From Eledone cirrhosa (taxonomy: Eukaryota), in NCBI GenBank assembly GCA_964016885.1, contig OZ024742.1, positions 193,130,001 through 193,194,000 on the forward strand: a stretch of 64,000 nt of DNA, written 5' to 3'. Each line of letters starts with the position of its first letter. The first letter of the stretch is position 1. A program made the position numbers and the translations under genes. Below the pieces are notes generated by a model, which was not told the DNA's origin, searched no databases, and saw only the letters and a program-made list of their open reading frames with translations. Shown here piece by piece: positions 12,333 through 25,293 of this stretch.

Positions 12333-12982
12333 CCGTATTACTGTAGTGATGGTGCTGTAGCGGTGGCAGCAGCAGTGAAGGAGTCAGGGGGTGGTGGCGG
12401 CGGTGATGGGATAGTGGTGGTAATGATGGCCGTAGTGAGCGGTGGCGGTGAAGGTGAAAATGCTGTTGTGTTTAGTGTACACAGATGATGGGGTGGGTGG
12501 TGTATCTAGTTTCTGGTGTTGGTGAGTTTCGCTGTCCTATATAGTGTAGCCAGAGGAGAGGAGGGGGGGGGGGGTTCTTCTTCTTCCATTTATAGCCATT
12601 TTATTTTATTTTTTTTTTTGGATATACAGTGTACAATACAAAGTTGAATATTTGAATATTTGAGCCGTATTACTGTAGTGATGGTGCTGTAGCGGTGGCA
12701 GCAGCAGTGAAGGAGTCAAGGGGTGGTGGCGGCGGTGATGGGATAGTGGTGGTAATGATGGCCGTAGTGAGCGGTGGCGGTGAAGGTGAAAATGCTGTTG
12801 TGTTTAGTGTACACAGATGATGGGGTGGGCGGTGTATCTAGTTTCTGGTGTTGGTGAGTTTAGCTGTCCTATATAGTGTAGCCAGAGGAGAGGAGGGGGG
12901 GGTTCTTCTTCTTCCATTTATAGCCATTTTTTTTTGGATATACAGTGTACAATACAAAGTTGAATATTTGAATATTTGAGCC
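12333..12982. repeat. Tandem duplication (about 332 + 318 bp) in the B2 5' region
   Basis: ccgtattactgtagtgatgg starts at 12333 and at 12665; both units end in tgaatatttgag(cc). Confidence 0.93.
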
Positions 12983-13147
12983 TTATAACAATATATTTTG
13001 GGTCCGAATTTTTTGGGGCTCAAGCCGGGTGCTTTACGTAGCATTTGTACTAAGAGTTGTTATTTCACAAATGATTTAAATATGTTAAAAATTCAAAACT
13101 TACGGGAGCGATTTCATGACCTCCGTCACCTCGTGCGTCTTATTCCC

Positions 13148-13215
<68 letters not shown>

Positions 13216-16200
13216 GTTCTTTGAGTCACAGTCATTGATGTTAGTTAACTGGAAAGTTTGTTGAAATGGATATCAAGCCGCTACCTGCAGCCTCAGATAT
13301 TCAGAACGTATCAGGGGGTTCTTGCTGTTCCCAGCAAGCATGCCTTTTGAAGCGTTCCAAAAAGCGTGGTGGGGCCAATTTTCTTTAACCATCCCTGGAA
13401 ACCTTTTGAGATAGTACCTAGTGCGCCTATGACAATCGTGACCACTTTGACTTCATGGCAGTTCCAAATCCTTTTTACTTCCCACTTTAAGTCCTGGTAT
13501 CGGTTAATTTTCTCCCTCTCCTTATCTTGCACTCTCGTGTCGAATGGGCAGGCCACATCCACAATCAGGCACGATCTTTTTTACTTGTCCAAAACCACCA
13601 GGTCAGGTCTATTGTGTTCCAGTTTCTTGTCCGTCTGTATCCTAAAATCCCACAGCACCTTCACCTGATCGTTTTCTATCACCGACTCTGGCTTATGCTC
13701 ATACCACTTCTCAGAATGTGGTAAATTGTTTACTTTGCATAGGTGACAGTGGATCACCCTGCCCATCACATCATGTCTCCAGCCCTTATAGTGAGTCTGG
13801 GCTAGGTGTTTACACTCGGATACAATGTGAGACAAAGACTCCTCTCTCTCTCCACAGATCCTGCACAGTGGGCTAGCCTCCTCCTTGTAGATATGGTGTT
13901 TCAACCACTTCGTTTCGAGTGCCTGCTCTTGCGCAGCCATTAGCATTGCTTCTGTAGCTTTTTTAAGGTCACCTCTTTTTAACCAGTTCCATGTCTGTGG
14001 ATCTCTAAATTCAGTTTTCTCAAAGAACGTACTATGAAGGGATTTTTTATGAAGGTTAGTCTTGCTCCTTGTTATTTCCTCCTTGGACATCCCCTGGTCT
14101 ATTGTCTTCTCCTTTCAGTACAATTATGAGAATTAGCTCCCTACTGTCGGTCACGTATTTGTGCAGGTTGTTTTTCTCCATCTGAGCACAGTCCTCTATG
14201 CAGATAAGACCTCTTCCACCTTCAGATCTCTTTAAGTATCGAAATCACTCCTCTTGTGGAGCATGTTGTAGATAGACAATTCCTTCCTAGTCTTCCTATC
14301 CATTTCTTTTTGTTCAGCAACATTCCATCTCAGAATTCCCGCAGTGTACCTAATAATAGACAGCGCTCGGGAATTTACTGCACTTATGGCATTCCTACTG
14401 TTAAGATGTGACTTTAATACGCTCCTTACTCTCCGAATGTATTCAGTTCTTATCAATTCCTTCATTTTTTTGTTCTTGATGTCATCAGCCTCCAGAACAC
14501 CCAAATACTTGTATCCTTCTTCAGTGTCAATTTCCTTTATCATCTCACCTGTTGGTACCTGGATTTCGTTGCTTTTGCTCAATTTACCCCTCTTCATCAC
14601 AAGGACTCCACACTTACTAATACCAAATTGCATACATATATCATTGCTGAAAATACGGACAGTGTCAACAAGCACATCCATCTCCTTCGCACTCTTCCCG
14701 AAGAGCTAAGATCGTCCATGAAGAGGAGGTGATTGATGGTAAGCTCTCCCCTTCCCAACTTGTATCCTGCTCTCACTTTTCGCAGTATAATGGTCAGGGG
14801 CATCAGGGCAAGGACAAACGGCAGAGGGGACAGACTATCTCCCTGGAAGATACCTCTCTTGATCTTCACCCCTCGCAAGGATTCTCCAGCTCATGTTAAC
14901 TCTGTTTTCCAGGACCTCATACTTTTGCCGAACAACTGTCTGATGTTATCTGCCACATTGAAGATCTCTAGGCTTTTGGTGATCCAAGAATGAGGCACCA
15001 TGTCAAATGCCTTTTTGTAGTCTATCCATCCCATGGTAAGACCAGTGTCTCTCTTCTTGCAATTCCTCATTACCATCTTATCAATAAGCAACTGGTCCTT
15101 TGTACCACGGGACTTCTTTCGGCATCCTTTCTGTTCGTCCGGTAACAAGTTGTTTGCGTGGAGGTGATGGTAGATTTCCTCAGACATGATGCCTGTCAAC
15201 AGTTTCCACATTACGGACAGACATGTAATAGGTCTATAGTTGGTAACATCATTACCCTTGATTCGGTCTTTCATTACCAGAACTGTTGTACCTTTTGTCA
15301 ACCACTCTGGTACCTCACCTGGCATCAAGCAGTCATTGATCATGGTTGTCAGTTTCGGGTGGAGGGATTTTATGTTTTTAATCCAATACCCCTGCACACC
15401 ATCTGGGCCTGGTGATTTTCAGTTGGTTAGTTTTTTGGCCTACACCTCAAGAGTTTCAACTGTGATACTCAAATCAGTTTGTTGGTGTGCCTGTTCACTA
15501 ATCTCCTTTTGTACTATCTCAATCCACACTGCCTGGTCATTATGTTTAACATCCTGCTCCCATATTCCTCTCCAGAATGTTTTAGTTTGTTACGCTTCAG
15601 GGATCAAGTCGTTGCCTCTTTCTTTCCCTTCAAGCTGTCCAAACAGCATCTTCTGGTTATTGTCAAACATGCAGTTCTGTCTATACTGACTGACTCTGAT
15701 CTTGTATCGCCTATTTTTGCACTCTTTGCTACAATGCGTTGCTTCAGTTCCTCTATGATAATATTTAGCTTTTTCCTCCTAGTTTTGTACTTTATTTCCA
15801 GTCTATTTTTAGTGTCTATGTTTTTTAGTGTCCCATTCAATAGGGACTCAAGATTTCCAATGTCATTTCTCATTTCCCTGATTTGACCATTCAGTCGTTT
15901 CTTCCACTAAGGTTCTGATCTTTCTTGTTTGTTGTTTCCTCTCGCTTTTATGCCAAGTAATTTCCTCACCGCAATTATTGTTGCTTTGAGGATATTGTTG
16001 CTCTGGTGAAGGCTCTTCGCCTCAACGTATGGGATGACTTTGTTTACCTTAGCTGTTGTTTCTTTTAACTTTTTCCTGTCTACAAATCTTAGGTTCATAG
16101 GTTTCCCACTATCATTGTTCAATTCATCTACCACTAAATTTAGGATATCAACCAAATCTTGCCCTAGCCCGTCAGCATTCATCTCCTCAATGGCCGTATC

Positions 16201-17460
16201 TTTGTCCCAGGTATTATTTATTTCAGCATTCAGATCATTGTCTGCTTCGGATGGTTCCTCCGTTCTCTCAACCTCTTCACCTTCATTTCCCACTGGCTCG
16301 TTTGCCTGGCATACTCCACTCTCCATTTCCAACCTAATCTCTCTGCTCAGTTCCTCCAATTCCAGCTCGCTTTACCGTCCATTAGTTCTTATTACCCGTG
16401 CCTGCCCGACCAATTTTTGTTCATCTAATTTAAATAGACCAATCTCGTTCCAGATGTTATGCATCTGTTTCCTATAGCCTTTCTCCTTGGGGCTACTCTT
16501 CAGGTAACATTGCATAACAGTTCTATTCAATTATTTCGTCCAGTTGGTTCTGGTCCCTTTCCTTCTTCTTCTTCCTCTGACACCAGCAGTATTTGGTTGA
16601 AAGCCAGGTCCCTGCTGCTGAGCCAGGGAGCACCTACTGGGTGGGAGTCTGTCACATGACATTCCAGTCTCCACACCACCGTTATTCGAACTGCTTAGGT
16701 TCGACATTTAAACACTCTTATCGAGGATTGGTGAATGTATGGTTACATAAGCACAGGTGATTTCATCACCCCCGGTGATTTTAGTGTGGAACTATCACGC
16801 TGTAAACGAACATAAATAAACAAACAAACAAATAGGTAAAAAATAAACCCAAAAAAGAATAAGCATAAGTTTCATTGTAATATAATGTTTGAATGTCTGA
16901 CTTAGTTTTTCTTTTTTCCTTCTCTGTCTGTCTGATTGTTTTTCTTTTCATTTTTCTTTTCTTTACGCTTTTCGTTGTTGCTGTGCTGTTTTGATTTTGA
17001 TTTTTGGCTTTTTGATTTTTTGACCGGGTCATCAAATCAGTCTATTTATATCTTTTGATGCCTTCCTCTTTTAGTGGGGACAGTACGATGCATTTCTTAG
17101 CAGGAAGTAGTGGGAGAGAATAGCGGCGGTAGTGATAATGAGTCAGTGGTAGTGGTGGTGGTGGTGGTGATGTGCTAGTAGTAGTTAGCAGGATGTAGTG
17201 GGAGAGATCAGCGGCGGAAGCGATAATGAGGCAGTGGTGGTGGTGATGTGATCGTTGTACTGTAGTGATGGTGTTGAAGTTGAAGTAGAAATAGATGTTG
17301 AGGTAACTTGACTAGAGTTTTTGACATGGTAGTGGTGATGGTGGCGGTGGTGGTGTTGGTGGTGAAATTATTTGCCTGTCTGTCCACTTAGCTATTTAGC
17401 TATTTAGCCATTTTGCCATTTTCCTCTTTTTCGACTATAACATTTCTGATCCAAAATTAA
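13148..17460 (-). mobile_element. RLE element B3, near full-length, older and degenerate copy of B2
   Basis: Collinear with B2 from the 3' UTR to the start region (about 16670); multiple frameshifts and stops give ORF pieces from 13311 to 16359; related 5' UTR; (TTA)n on both sides. Confidence 0.93.
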
Positions 17461-17508
<48 letters not shown>

Positions 17509-17517
17509 TTTATTATT
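17461..17517. repeat. (TTA)n array separating the divergent RLE and Tx1 trains
   Basis: About 19 ATT units with one mismatch. Confidence 0.98.
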
Positions 17518-20500
17518 GGCGAGCTACGTAGTAAATCGTATCATCGTGAGCTCCGCAAAGGTTTGTTGATTTCGTTTGTTTAAAATTGCCATTCATGGAA
17601 AACATTTTTGTTAACTGTATATAAGTGCACATACATTGTTTTTCGAAAAGGACACTCAAAAAGATTGGGGCCTTGAGCACAAAATTTAAACTTTTGTAAT
17701 TATAGAAAAAAAACTTTCTTTGAATAAAACTTGGATGACTCACAGCCACACGAAGCTGACAGCCTTCCTCACAAACTAACACCTCACACCGATTCTACTA
17801 TTATAAATATTACTACGTTTGCCAACACTAAAAAAAATATAAGCAGTAGCAATATTTTAAATTTGTCTCAGGCAGACATTCATTTCCCGCCATTACCAAA
17901 GATTGCAGGTGTTAAAGCCGCCCCCCTCCCCACCACAACGACAACAGAAACAAAATTAAAAAAATTAACTCGTGATATCGAAATGAATTCAACCAAAATG
18001 AACTCTTCCACACCGAACACCACTGACGCCACCACCACCATAACTGAAACTAAAATTAATAACAAAAATAACGATAACAACAACAGCAACAATTAAATTA
18101 AGAAAACCACCCTGAGTTTTGCCAGAGTAGTAAAACAATGCAAAGCATTTCAGGTAACTCAGGCGGAATTAGAAGAAGCCAAAAAAATGGTAAAGAAAGA
18201 TGGGTACAGGGTCAGCCCCCCCCCCCACACACACATAATAAAATGGAGCATCGGCACCTATGCACCGTGTCTTATCGAACCATTAATATAAAATCGCGCC
18301 GAGTGGAACGGGCATCCGAGTCCCAAATCCAAAATTCTTTGGGACATGTGTGGGCAAAAAAAAACCCCACATCAGACGTGGGCAGAAATATGGAACCGTG
18401 GAGGTGTTCTTTGAAACACCACAGGAGGCTAGAGAACACTCCATGGCCACATTAATAAGTGACGACTTCACACTCGTCCCAAGCTATTGTGGCCAGAGAC
18501 TCGTAAAGATGAGGGTGACCCACGTTCCACCGGCCATCGAAATTCCCTGGCTAATAGCTGCCGTCCTCGCCGGCATCGAAGCCAACACCAAGATAATCGA
18601 AATAACGAAAGAAAAGCAAGAGAACTGGTCCGGATCTGGGATGGAGCACCTGATCCAAGCGGACCAAAAAAGCATTGAGGTGATCCCAGAGGAAATAGAC
18701 CTCACTGACGGCAGCCACCTCACGGTAATTGTCGAGGGAAGAAGGCCTAGGTGTGTCGTTTGTGGTGAAGGGACCCACCTAAGGGCTTTCTGCCCTCAGG
18801 ATAAAAGGTTGAGGCCACCTCTCCTACCCACCAATGTGACTCAACCATCAACACCACCAGCAGCAGAGATGGCAGCAACAACTGTAGCAGCAACAACAGA
18901 AGCAACTGTAACAGCAACAACCCCAGCAACAGTAGCAAAACCAACACCATCACCACCCAAAGCGCCAGAACTAGCACCAGCGCCTACATTATCCACCACG
19001 CCACAACCAAAACCAACGCCTGTGGAGGATTTTCCACTCCCCGGCCTATCACCACTGGAGACAGATTGTGACAACGAAGAGTGGGAAACGGTATCAGGAA
19101 AAAAGAAAAAAAGAAACCCAAAAAGAATAAATTCTATTACCTTCCCCTCCAAAAACAAAATACAGAGGGAAACAAATAAACTATCAAACAAAAAAGTTAG
19201 GACAGATATGCCACCATCCACACCAGCATCACCAACCCCATCACCAGAAACACCAACACCATCACCATCATTAACCCCCAACACCACCATCACCAACACC
19301 ACAAAAGTCACCAAAAAGCGAAACAGAAACAAACCCACCACAAACGCAAAAAAAAACAAAACAACCAAAACGATACACACTACACAGCATTAAATTTGAA
19401 CATCAACCAATTATTACACTACATCCAACACATCACCATCATCACAGAAAAAGACTACACAACAACCCCAACATTCACACCACCTCCAAACATACAAAGC
19501 ACTCGCATCACACAGAAAACGTACACGACACTAAAACAAAAATTCCCCAAAGACATCAGAGACTTCCGACAAACACTCTCCAGGAGGATTTATAAGGATA
19601 TCCTTCCTGAGGAGGCCACAAGCAGTGAAAATAATGGACAAACCATCCTTCCTCTACGGGAAGTAAGGTAAGTGGTCTTTCCCATCTTTTCCACTCCATT
19701 TCAACATGACCTCACTCAGAATAGGCAGCATAAATGGGCGTGGCTTGGGGTCGTCATGGAAGCAGGGCCACCTGCTCAACGACCTCAGGTCGCTAAACAT
19801 AGATGTAGTGGCCATCAGCGAGACCATATCTCCAAAGCACGGGCCTTCGAACCGATCTTCGGCGGCTACGATGTGTACGCATCTCCCAGCCGTCCGGGAT
19901 CGGGGGAGGTGTTGCTGGGCTTTTTCGGAGAGGTTTGGATCTCGCCATACGGGCCATCTTCCTGGACCCAGAAGGTAAGTTAGTGCTGTTAGACGTGACT
20001 AGCGGAAACGGGCAAGATTTCAGGCTAGTGGCCGTCTATGCTCCGAGAGGAGCAGGGCGGACTGATTTCTTCCGGCGTCTGGAGACCTTTCTTGGAACGT
20101 CCCGCTCTTTAGTGTTAGTGGGCGACTGGAACGGGATCTTAGATGCACGCTGGGAATATGTGGGATTAGGGGATAGGGGTGGAGGGTGCAAGAGCCTCAC
20201 CAACCTGCTCAGGCGTTTTGAACTGTCTGACAGGTACCGATTGGATTTCACGAATGTGGAACTGTGGACTTGGACAAATCGCATAATCTCATCCAGATCA
20301 TATCTAGATAGAGTATTTTGTAGGGAAATAGATAGGTCTAGCATAGGCTGTCCACAATTCAAGATAGTCAGCTACACGGACCACAAATTCGTGACCTGTG
20401 TGCTTCACTTAGATAGGCTTCATAGACGAGCATCCAGCTACTGGAAGCTAAACGCCTCCTTACCAGCTTGCAAGGCCTACAGAGACCGGATTAGCGAACT

Positions 20501-23294
20501 AGTTAAGTGGGCGTTGACGGGGGCCATCGCAACAACAAGTGGTGGTTTGCTCTGAAAAGAGCAATTAGAATAGAGCCATTAGGTTTCGTAAGGCTTTAGC
20601 AATGGAGAAAAATAGAGCAGAGGGAGAAGTAGTGAGAAAATTAGACGAGGCGCTTAGCAAATGCGAAATTGGCCCTTGACCAATTCTTCAATGCAAAATA
20701 CAAAGGCTGCGTTGTCAGAGCTAGGGTGCGTGCTCTCAGAGACGAGGGGACGAAAGCCGTTCAATTGGTCCGAGTGGCGGAGGCTTTAGTGGACCACGAC
20801 GGGCGCATGCTACTCGATCCCGGGAAAATGTGTGAAGCTTTTCAGCGACACTTCGCACAGCTGTTCGGAGACAGCGACGGGCCGGATCGAGGGATGAACT
20901 TTAGTGTCTACCTCGACAGACTGCCGCTGCTCTCGGCCACTGAGACGGAGTGTTGCGAAAAGCCGATAACAGCCACTGAAGTACGGGAGGCAATGACTGG
21001 CTGCACGAGGGGTAAATCGCCTGGTTTAGATGGTCTGCCCTATGAACTTTACATACAGATGCCAGACTTGTTCGGAGGCCTCTTGGCGGACGTCTACTGC
21101 AACTGGCAACAGAACGGGAGAATTCCCAGCTCTGTGAGCCGAGGAGCTGTGGCGCTGCTGAGTAAGGATCCGAACAAAGGGGATAACATAGATAATTTCA
21201 GACCCATAACTCTGCTAAACACATAGTTCAAGATTTTGGCCAAGGTGCTAGCAAAGGGGTTGGCATTTGTCGTTGGTTGTCTGGTGGGAGAGGCGTCGAC
21301 GTGCGCCATTCCCGACAGATCTATCCACGACAACCTCCACCTTATGCGATACATCGTAGAGAGGGTAGCTAGGGAACCTGGGTGGGTCCTTGATAAATTT
21401 AGATCAGTCGAAAGCTTTCGATAGGGTCGACCATCGTTACCTAGCGGCAGTCCTGAGGGCGGCTGGCTTTGGGCCCGTCTTCAGAGGCTGGATCACAGCC
21501 ATGAACAGCGACATGTGCTCTGTGGTGAGAGTGAACGGTCACCTTTCGGAACCGTTCAACATCATGCGCTCGGACCGTCAAGGATGTCCTCTCTCGTCCC
21601 TCTTGTACGAATTGACTCTCGAGCCATTACTGCACAAATTGGAGACATTGAGGGGGGTCCGGTGCGAACTAGGATGCGTAAGATCCGTGTCAGCATATGC
21701 GGACGATGTCACCGTAGTGGTGTCGAACGCAAAACACATCGAGGTGATCGGCACTACACTAAGAGAATACGAAGCGGTGACAGGAGCAATGATAAACCAG
21801 GAAAAGTCAGTGGGCCTGCAGTTCAGCACCTGGAGAGGCAGGTCCATGCTGTCTAACAGCGTCGTCGGCCACCGGACGGACCGGTTAAATTGCTAGGGTC
21901 TGGTTCGGTCCAGACCTCCAGACGGATAAAAGCTGGGACGAGGTGACGAGCAGGGTGGCTTCTTTCACCCAGAAATGGGCGGAGAGGAACCTTTCCTTGA
22001 AAGGTTTGAGCGGAGGTGGCCAACGCGTACATCGCGTCCATCTTCTACTACCGCCTGACCGTCGTACCTTGTCCTGACTGCGCTGGAGCGTTTGCTCTTT
22101 CGCTTTTTGTGGAAGGGACGCGCTCCGATGGTCAGGCGGTCCATCTGCTGTCAACACCCGCTACGTGGAGGGCTTTGCATGCCGTGGCTGATGATGCACA
22201 GACACGCCCTCATGTTACGACATCTCCCCCTCTTCCTCGACGGTGATCAGGTGTGGTCGCCGTTTGCTAGACACGTATTTTCCCAGCTCGTCTCCTTGAT
22301 GGAGCTGCAGTCCTGCGTCAAGCGAAGACCGAGAGGGAGCTCTTGGAGACTAGAATGTCTTTAGGCGTTCACAGCCCTCGACCAATCGGGCAATGTGATC
22401 GGTGGAAACTCCACCTTGGCGTTCTATAGAGGATTAGTGGAGGGAAAGAGCGACGACGTACTTGGAGAAATTCTAGGCGTCGACGAAAATCAACTAGCCA
22501 ATCTCTTCGGAAGGAATTTCGGGCCGGGGCCTATGGACAACTTCCAGAAATCCCTGGCCTGGCAGTGCTACCGAGGATCTTTGCCAGTTCGGGATAAACT
22601 CTACAGGCATGGAGGTGCCGTCAGCCGGGCATGTCCGAGATGCGCGCAGAGCGACGAAACCGTCCTGTACGCACTCGTCCAGTGTCCGAGCATTGCTGAC
22701 TTGTGGGTTTATGTCGAACACCTGCTGTCACGTGTAGGACGGATCCAGCTATCAGCTGAGTCACTCGTGAGGATTACCCCGCCATCTTCCTTTAGCCGGG
22801 AAGGGCAGGCAGTTCTTATCTGTCTGGTGGCCATGGCGAAAGAGATAGTATGGTGGACACGTTTGAAAGGGCTGAAGACGCGCACTTACCTCTTCGGCGA
22901 TGCCCTGATTACCTTTTTCAAATTTCATTTGAAAAGGAAAATCAGGGTAGAGAGGGAAGTGCTCTCTTCCCAGCATTTTGTAGAAAGATGGGTGAGAGAA
23001 GCAAGTATGGCCCGTGTGAATGGGCCTACTCTGAGTTTCTGTCTGTAAATTAAAGGTGGAAAACTGGGAGAGAGCCCTTGCCCTGGTGGTCAGGGTCACT
23101 GTGGCCTTTTAATGGGCTTTCTCCACAAATGTCCCTCGGAAGTGTCCCCCCTATTGGGTAATTTTTTCATTGTTATTTTTTTAATTATATCCTGTTTTTT
23201 TTACACGCAGAAATGCCCATTTGTACCGTCCTGTATTGTCCTGTACTGTCCTTAATGTCTACTTTATGTGAACCCTTGTGGTTAATAAAGAAAA

Positions 23295-23295
<1 letters not shown>
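17518..23295 (+). mobile_element. Tx1/L1-clade element C1, full-length but degenerate
   Basis: ORF1 pieces 17731-19671 with CVVCGEGTHLRAFC. ORF2 pieces 19706-23048 with APE, RT (LDQSKAFD, RQGCPLS, AYADD) and C-terminal CPRC...C. AATAAA at 23284, then (ATT)n 23296-23364. Confidence 0.95.
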
Positions 23296-23364
<69 letters not shown>

Positions 23365-23572
23365 GGCGACCTACGTAGGAAATCGTATTATCGTGAGCTC
23401 CGCAAAGGTTTGTTATTTCCGTTTGTTTAAAAATTGCCATTTATGGAAAATTTTATTGTAAACTGTTTATAAGCACACATACATTGTTTTCCGAAAAGGA
23501 CACCCAAAAAGATTGGGGCCTTGTGCCCAAAATTTTAACTTTTATTATTATCCAAAAATTTCTTTGAAAAAA

Positions 23573-25293
23573 ATGGCTAATTCCCCTCTGCACGAAGCAG
23601 CTGAAAGCCTTCCTCACAAAATAACACCTCACACCGACACCACCATTGTAAATGTTACTACGTTTGCCAACACAAAAAAAAAATATAAGCAGTAGCAATA
23701 TTTTAAATTTGTCTCAGGCAGACATTCATTTCCCGCCATTACCAATGACTGCAGGTGTTAAACCCTCCACCACCACCACCACCGCGACAACCACCACCAC
23801 CACCACCACCGCGACAACAGAAACAAAAGAAGAAAAAAATAAATTAACTCGTGACGTCGAAATGAAATCAAGCAAAATGGACTCTTCCCCACCAAAGACG
23901 ACTGACGTCACCACCACCACAACTGAAAATAAAATTAATATTAACGATAGCAACAACAACAACAATGACATTATAAAACCGACCCTCAGTTTCGCCATCG
24001 TAGCAAAACAATTCGAAGCGTTCACGGTAACTCAAGAAGATTTAGAAAATGCCAAACAAATGGTAAAGAAAGATGGGTACAGGGTCAGCCTCACCCCCCC
24101 CCCCCACCTAATAAAATGGAGCATCGGCGCCTGTGCACCGTGTCGTATAGAACAATAAATGTAAAATCGCGCCGAGTGGAACGGGCATCCGAGTCCCAAA
24201 TCCAAAAAGCTTTGGGACATGTGTGGGCAAGAAAAACCCACATCAGACGTGGGCAAAAGTATGGAACCGTGGATGTGTTCTTTGAAACACCAGAGGAGGC
24301 TAGAGAACACTCCATGGCCCCATTAAAAAGTGACGACCTCACACTCGTCCCAAGCTATTGTGGCCAGAGACTCGTAAAGATCAGGGTGACCCACGTTCCA
24401 CCGGCCATCGAAATTCCCTGGCTAATAGCGGCTGTCCTTGCCGGCATCGAAGCCAACACGAAAATAATAGCAGTAGCAAAAGAAAAGCAGGAAAACTGGT
24501 CCGGATCTGGGATGGAGCTCCTGATCCAAGCGGACCAAAAAAGCATTGAGGAGATCCCAGAGGTAATAGACCTCACTGACGGCAGCCACCTCACGGTAAT
24601 TGTCGAGGGCAGAAGACCTAGGTGTGCCGTTTGTGGTGAAGGAACCCACCTAAGGGCTTTCTGCCCTCAGGCTAAAAGGTTGAGGCCACCTCTCCTACCC
24701 ACCCCAGTGACACAACCATCAACACCACCAGTAGCAGAAATGGCAGCAACAACTGTAGCAGCAACAACAGAAGCAACTATAACAGCAACAACCCCAGCAA
24801 CAGTAGCAAAACCAACACCACTACCACCACCAACAAAACCAACACCACCACCACCCAACGCTTCAGAACTAGCACCAGCGCCTACACCATCCACCACACC
24901 ACAACCAAAACTAACGGCTGTGGAGGATTTTCCACTCCCCGGCCTATCACAACTGGAGACAGATTGTGACGACGAGGAGTGGGAAATGATATCCGGAAAA
25001 AAAAAAGAAACCAAAAAAGAAAAAATTCTCTTCCTTCCCCCTCCAAAAACAAAATACAGAGGGAAACAAATAAACTAAGAAACAAAAAAGTTAGGACAGA
25101 TATGCCACCATCCACACCAGCATCACCAACCCCATCAACCCAAACACCAAACCCATCACCATCATTATCCCCAGCACCACCATCACCTACACCACAAAAG
25201 TCACCAAAAAGCGAAACAGAAACAAACCCACAACAAACGCAAACAAAACAAAACAACCAAAACAACCATCTTTTCCACTCCTTTTCAACATGA
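23573..25293 (+). pseudogene. C2 ORF1, broken at homopolymer runs and lacking its C-terminal segment
   Basis: MANSPLHE start; frames change at poly-A near 23675, poly-C near 24095 and poly-A near 25000; CAVCGEGTHLRAFC knuckle. Confidence 0.75.

Larger units (their letters stand above)
8259..13147 (-). mobile_element. RLE element B2, apparently full-length R4/Dong-like non-LTR retrotransposon
   Basis: Single long ORF, about 75-nt 3' UTR, about 1.4-kb 5' region; bounded by (TTA)n at 8259-8296 and 13148-13215. Confidence 0.93.
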
